Shown: positions 48,303-50,555 of the stretch, in pieces
Layout: the number at the start of each line of letters is the position of its first letter
How positions within the stretch are numbered: the first letter of the stretch is position 1
Assembly: GCA_008080735.1 (NCBI GenBank)
Contig: SHMW01000023.1
Span: 1 to 50,555, forward strand
DNA: 50,555 nucleotides
Origin: Promethearchaeota archaeon
Lineage (GTDB): Archaea > Asgardarchaeota > Lokiarchaeia > Sigyniarchaeales > SOKP01
Reading direction: 5' to 3'
Made by a program: the position numbers and the translations under genes
Notes under the pieces: generated by a model
What the model saw: the letters and a program-made list of their open reading frames with translations, nothing else
Told to the model about the DNA's origin: nothing
Databases searched by the model: none

Positions 48303-50048
48303 ATGTCTACTTTGGATAAAAATGGAGGAGATCTTCTTATTGAAAGTTTGCATGCTTTAGATATTGATATCAAATATATCTTTGGAATAACTGGTTCTGA
48401 AATCCTTAGAATATATGATGCGATATATCGAAAAGGAAAAGATTTTGGAATACGATCAATCATGGTTCGTCATGAACAAGGAGGAGGTCATGCTGCCGAT
48501 TGTTTTGCTCGTGTTTCTGGTGGTTTAGGGATATGTTTGGGTACCGTCGGACCGGGAGTCACCCACATGGTGCCTGCAGTTGCAACAGCTTATGCAGATT
48601 CTATACCTTTGCTTGTGCTAGGTGCTCAAGTTGGAAAAATGTTTGATGGAATAGGGATGATCCAATCCTCCATTGATCAGATAGCTCTAATGAAGCCTAT
48701 CACAAAAATGCAATTTGCAGTAGAGTATCCGGAAGAGATTCCAAATGTTGTAAAGAAGGCTGCTGAAACGACTCTGGAAGGAAGGAGAGGACCTGTGTTC
48801 ATAGAACTTAGGGAGACAGCTTTGGTCAGAACGATTAAACAACAAGATTTTTCCTTTCCTGATAATCTAAGAATTGAATTCGATAAATATCGTATCAGAG
48901 GTAATAAAAAGGATATTAAAGCTGCCATTAATCTATTAAAATCAGCCAAGAAACCCATGATTATTGCGGGAGGTGGTGCAACGGCTTCTAAAGCTTCTGA
49001 CCAACTACAAATCCTTTCTGAAAGCTATAGAATTCCCGTAGCTACGACAATAAATGGAATTGGATTAATGTCAGGAAAGAATACTACATTTTTAGGGTCC
49101 TATCTTACTTCAAGTCCTTATCGTAAAGCTATTGCCGAAGCAGACCTAGTATTATCCATCGGTTGTAAATGGGATTATACTGTATTTTACGGATCTGCTC
49201 CTTTATGGAATCAAGAACAAAATATCATTCAAGTGGATATTGATCCTACAGAAATTGGAAAAAATCGCAATGTCGAAGTTGGGATTTTAGGGGACTGCAA
49301 GACCGTGCTTGGTCAATTAATCTCGGGTATGAATAAGGAAATATTTCCATCACATATGGCAAAATGGCATGAATGGAATAATAATCTTCAGAAATACCAT
49401 GATATTGATAAAAAGGCTATTAATGAAATCTTAATCTCGAAAGGAGATTTAATGAAACCTCAAGAACTTGTATTAAGAATTTATGATTTTTTTCCAGAAA
49501 ATACAATTTATACTATTGATGGAGGAGATATCATGGTCTATAGTCTAACCTATGCAAATTATCGAAATCGTACCCCTCGCAGCATCATATTCCCTACTGC
49601 TATGGGACATTTGGGTGTTGGTATTCCATATGCTATTGGAGCAAAATTGGCGAAACCGAACAATCCGGTGGTTTGTATTACTGGAGATGGAAGCTCACTA
49701 TTTAATATTCAAGAACTAGAGACAGCCGTAAGGCTTGAATTACCAATAATCTGCGTGATAAGCAATAATAATTGTTGGGGAATGATTAAGGGGAACCAAA
49801 AGCAATTTTTAGAGAAGAGATATATTGATGTTGATTTACCACCAACCAATTATGCTAAAATAGCAGAGAGTTTCGGATGTTATACGGAAAATGTTAATAA
49901 TAGAGAGGAATTACTACAAGCCCTTGAAAATTCATTCCAAAGTTCAATTCCTTCAGTGATTGATGTAAAGACTGCTTTTGAACCTTCACCTACGATCGCT
50001 ATGATTAATCTGTTCAAGAAAAGTAGAGGTCTTTATGGTTCAATCTAA
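48303..50048 (+). CDS. ThDP-dependent enzyme, acetolactate synthase/2-hydroxyacyl-CoA lyase-like
   Basis: VRHEQ, GPG, GRRGPVFIEL, QVDIDP, GHLGVGIPYAIGA, GDGS...NNN. Confidence 0.92.
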   Translation: MSTLDKNGGDLLIESLHALDIDIKYIFGITGSEILRIYDAIYRKGKDFGIRSIMVRHEQGGGHAADCFARVSGGLGICLGTVGPGVTHMVPAVATAYADSIPLLVLGAQVGKMFDGIGMIQSSIDQIALMKPITKMQFAVEYPEEIPNVVKKAAETTLEGRRGPVFIELRETALVRTIKQQDFSFPDNLRIEFDKYRIRGNKKDIKAAINLLKSAKKPMIIAGGGATASKASDQLQILSESYRIPVATTINGIGLMSGKNTTFLGSYLTSSPYRKAIAEADLVLSIGCKWDYTVFYGSAPLWNQEQNIIQVDIDPTEIGKNRNVEVGILGDCKTVLGQLISGMNKEIFPSHMAKWHEWNNNLQKYHDIDKKAINEILISKGDLMKPQELVLRIYDFFPENTIYTIDGGDIMVYSLTYANYRNRTPRSIIFPTAMGHLGVGIPYAIGAKLAKPNNPVVCITGDGSSLFNIQELETAVRLELPIICVISNNNCWGMIKGNQKQFLEKRYIDVDLPPTNYAKIAESFGCYTENVNNREELLQALENSFQSSIPSVIDVKTAFEPSPTIAMINLFKKSRGLYGSI

Positions 50049-50273
50049 TTTATTATGTATCTAATTCTTAGATTAAATGATGGCATTAATTTTAAATTTC
50101 TAATTTTTTTATATTTAAAAGCTAGATTAACAATCACCCAAGATAAATTAAGCTAGACTAATTCATATTCTATATTATTCCGAAAAGAATCTTCTCGACA
50201 ATTATAATTAGGAGAAATTTAATAAATTTGTAAAGTTGGAATTAATTTCAATAAAAAATTGGAAATGGGAGTA

Positions 50274-50555
50274 TCATCTCTGAACAACAAATGTATGATG
50301 AGATGTGAGAGAATCGATCTGCTCTATAGGATCTATACTCAACCTCCACCCATAAAAATTCACTGTAATATTTGATTTGAAGATATCAACTACCATAAAT
50401 CCAGATTTTTCGTAACTTGGAAGATCCTCCTCAACAATTAGGTCAACGGGAGGTGCCGCCTCTATACCTCTTTGGACATAAGGTCAATCCTTCTTTTCCT
50501 ATCAATAGTGGGTATGAGCCGTTTATCTTAGATTTTAAACCATTTTAACTTTCTT
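50274..50555 (-). pseudogene. Degraded 3' end of a gene (possibly PhoD-like metallophosphoesterase)
   Basis: Own translation *PYVQRGIEAAPPVDLIVEEDLPSYEKSGFMVVDIF...GWRLSIDPIEQIDSLTSHHTFVVQR*; all three frames upstream contain stops. Family call is from recall only. Confidence 0.45.

Noticed and set aside
1209-48958. Numerous 60-200 aa ORFs antisense or off-frame within long genes (e.g. 2244-2705, 14927-15316, 21286-21882, 28770-29084)
   Set aside because: They lie within or largely overlap well-supported genes and show no motifs; treated as shadow ORFs.
1-50555. tRNA, rRNA, IS elements or integrases
   Set aside because: None recognised by eye; tRNAscan-SE, Infernal and ISEScan would be needed to exclude them.

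Overview
AT-rich archaeal chromosomal window, probably Asgard/Lokiarchaeia-like (inferred from ether-lipid genes, F420/pterin genes, TTG/GTG starts, TATA-type promoters and a SIR2-TPR protein). Left to right: (1) a GC-richer ~3.1 kb block with an NAD-dependent DNA ligase, a truncated extra BRCT gene and two head-to-head gene fragments; (2) a cofactor region with a translationally coupled deaminase-like amidohydrolase / RibD-C reductase / cofG / cofH operon, DUF1464 plus a pterin-binding DHPS-like gene, and further on a DUF447-like gene, mptD and mptG; (3) inside that region, an uncharacterised glycyl-radical-enzyme locus (regulator, operator palindrome, GRE, activase, split-barrel protein) and a sulfatase; (4) EVE, feoB and feoA, the two feo genes each with a DtxR-like box; (5) AIR-synthase-like, scramblase-like, LarE-like and membrane proteins; (6) ether-lipid genes (DGGGPS, GGGPS, GGR, polyprenol kinase) split by a SIR2-like/TPR gene; (7) two convergent Gfo/Idh/MocA paralogues and an accessory region with TrmB, Fe-S proteins, a GbsR/MarR-type regulator with its operator, a stand-alone condensation-domain protein, a ThDP enzyme and several pseudogene fragments. 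No rRNA, tRNA, CRISPR array or transposase was recognised. All family calls come from motifs read by eye; no database searches were run.
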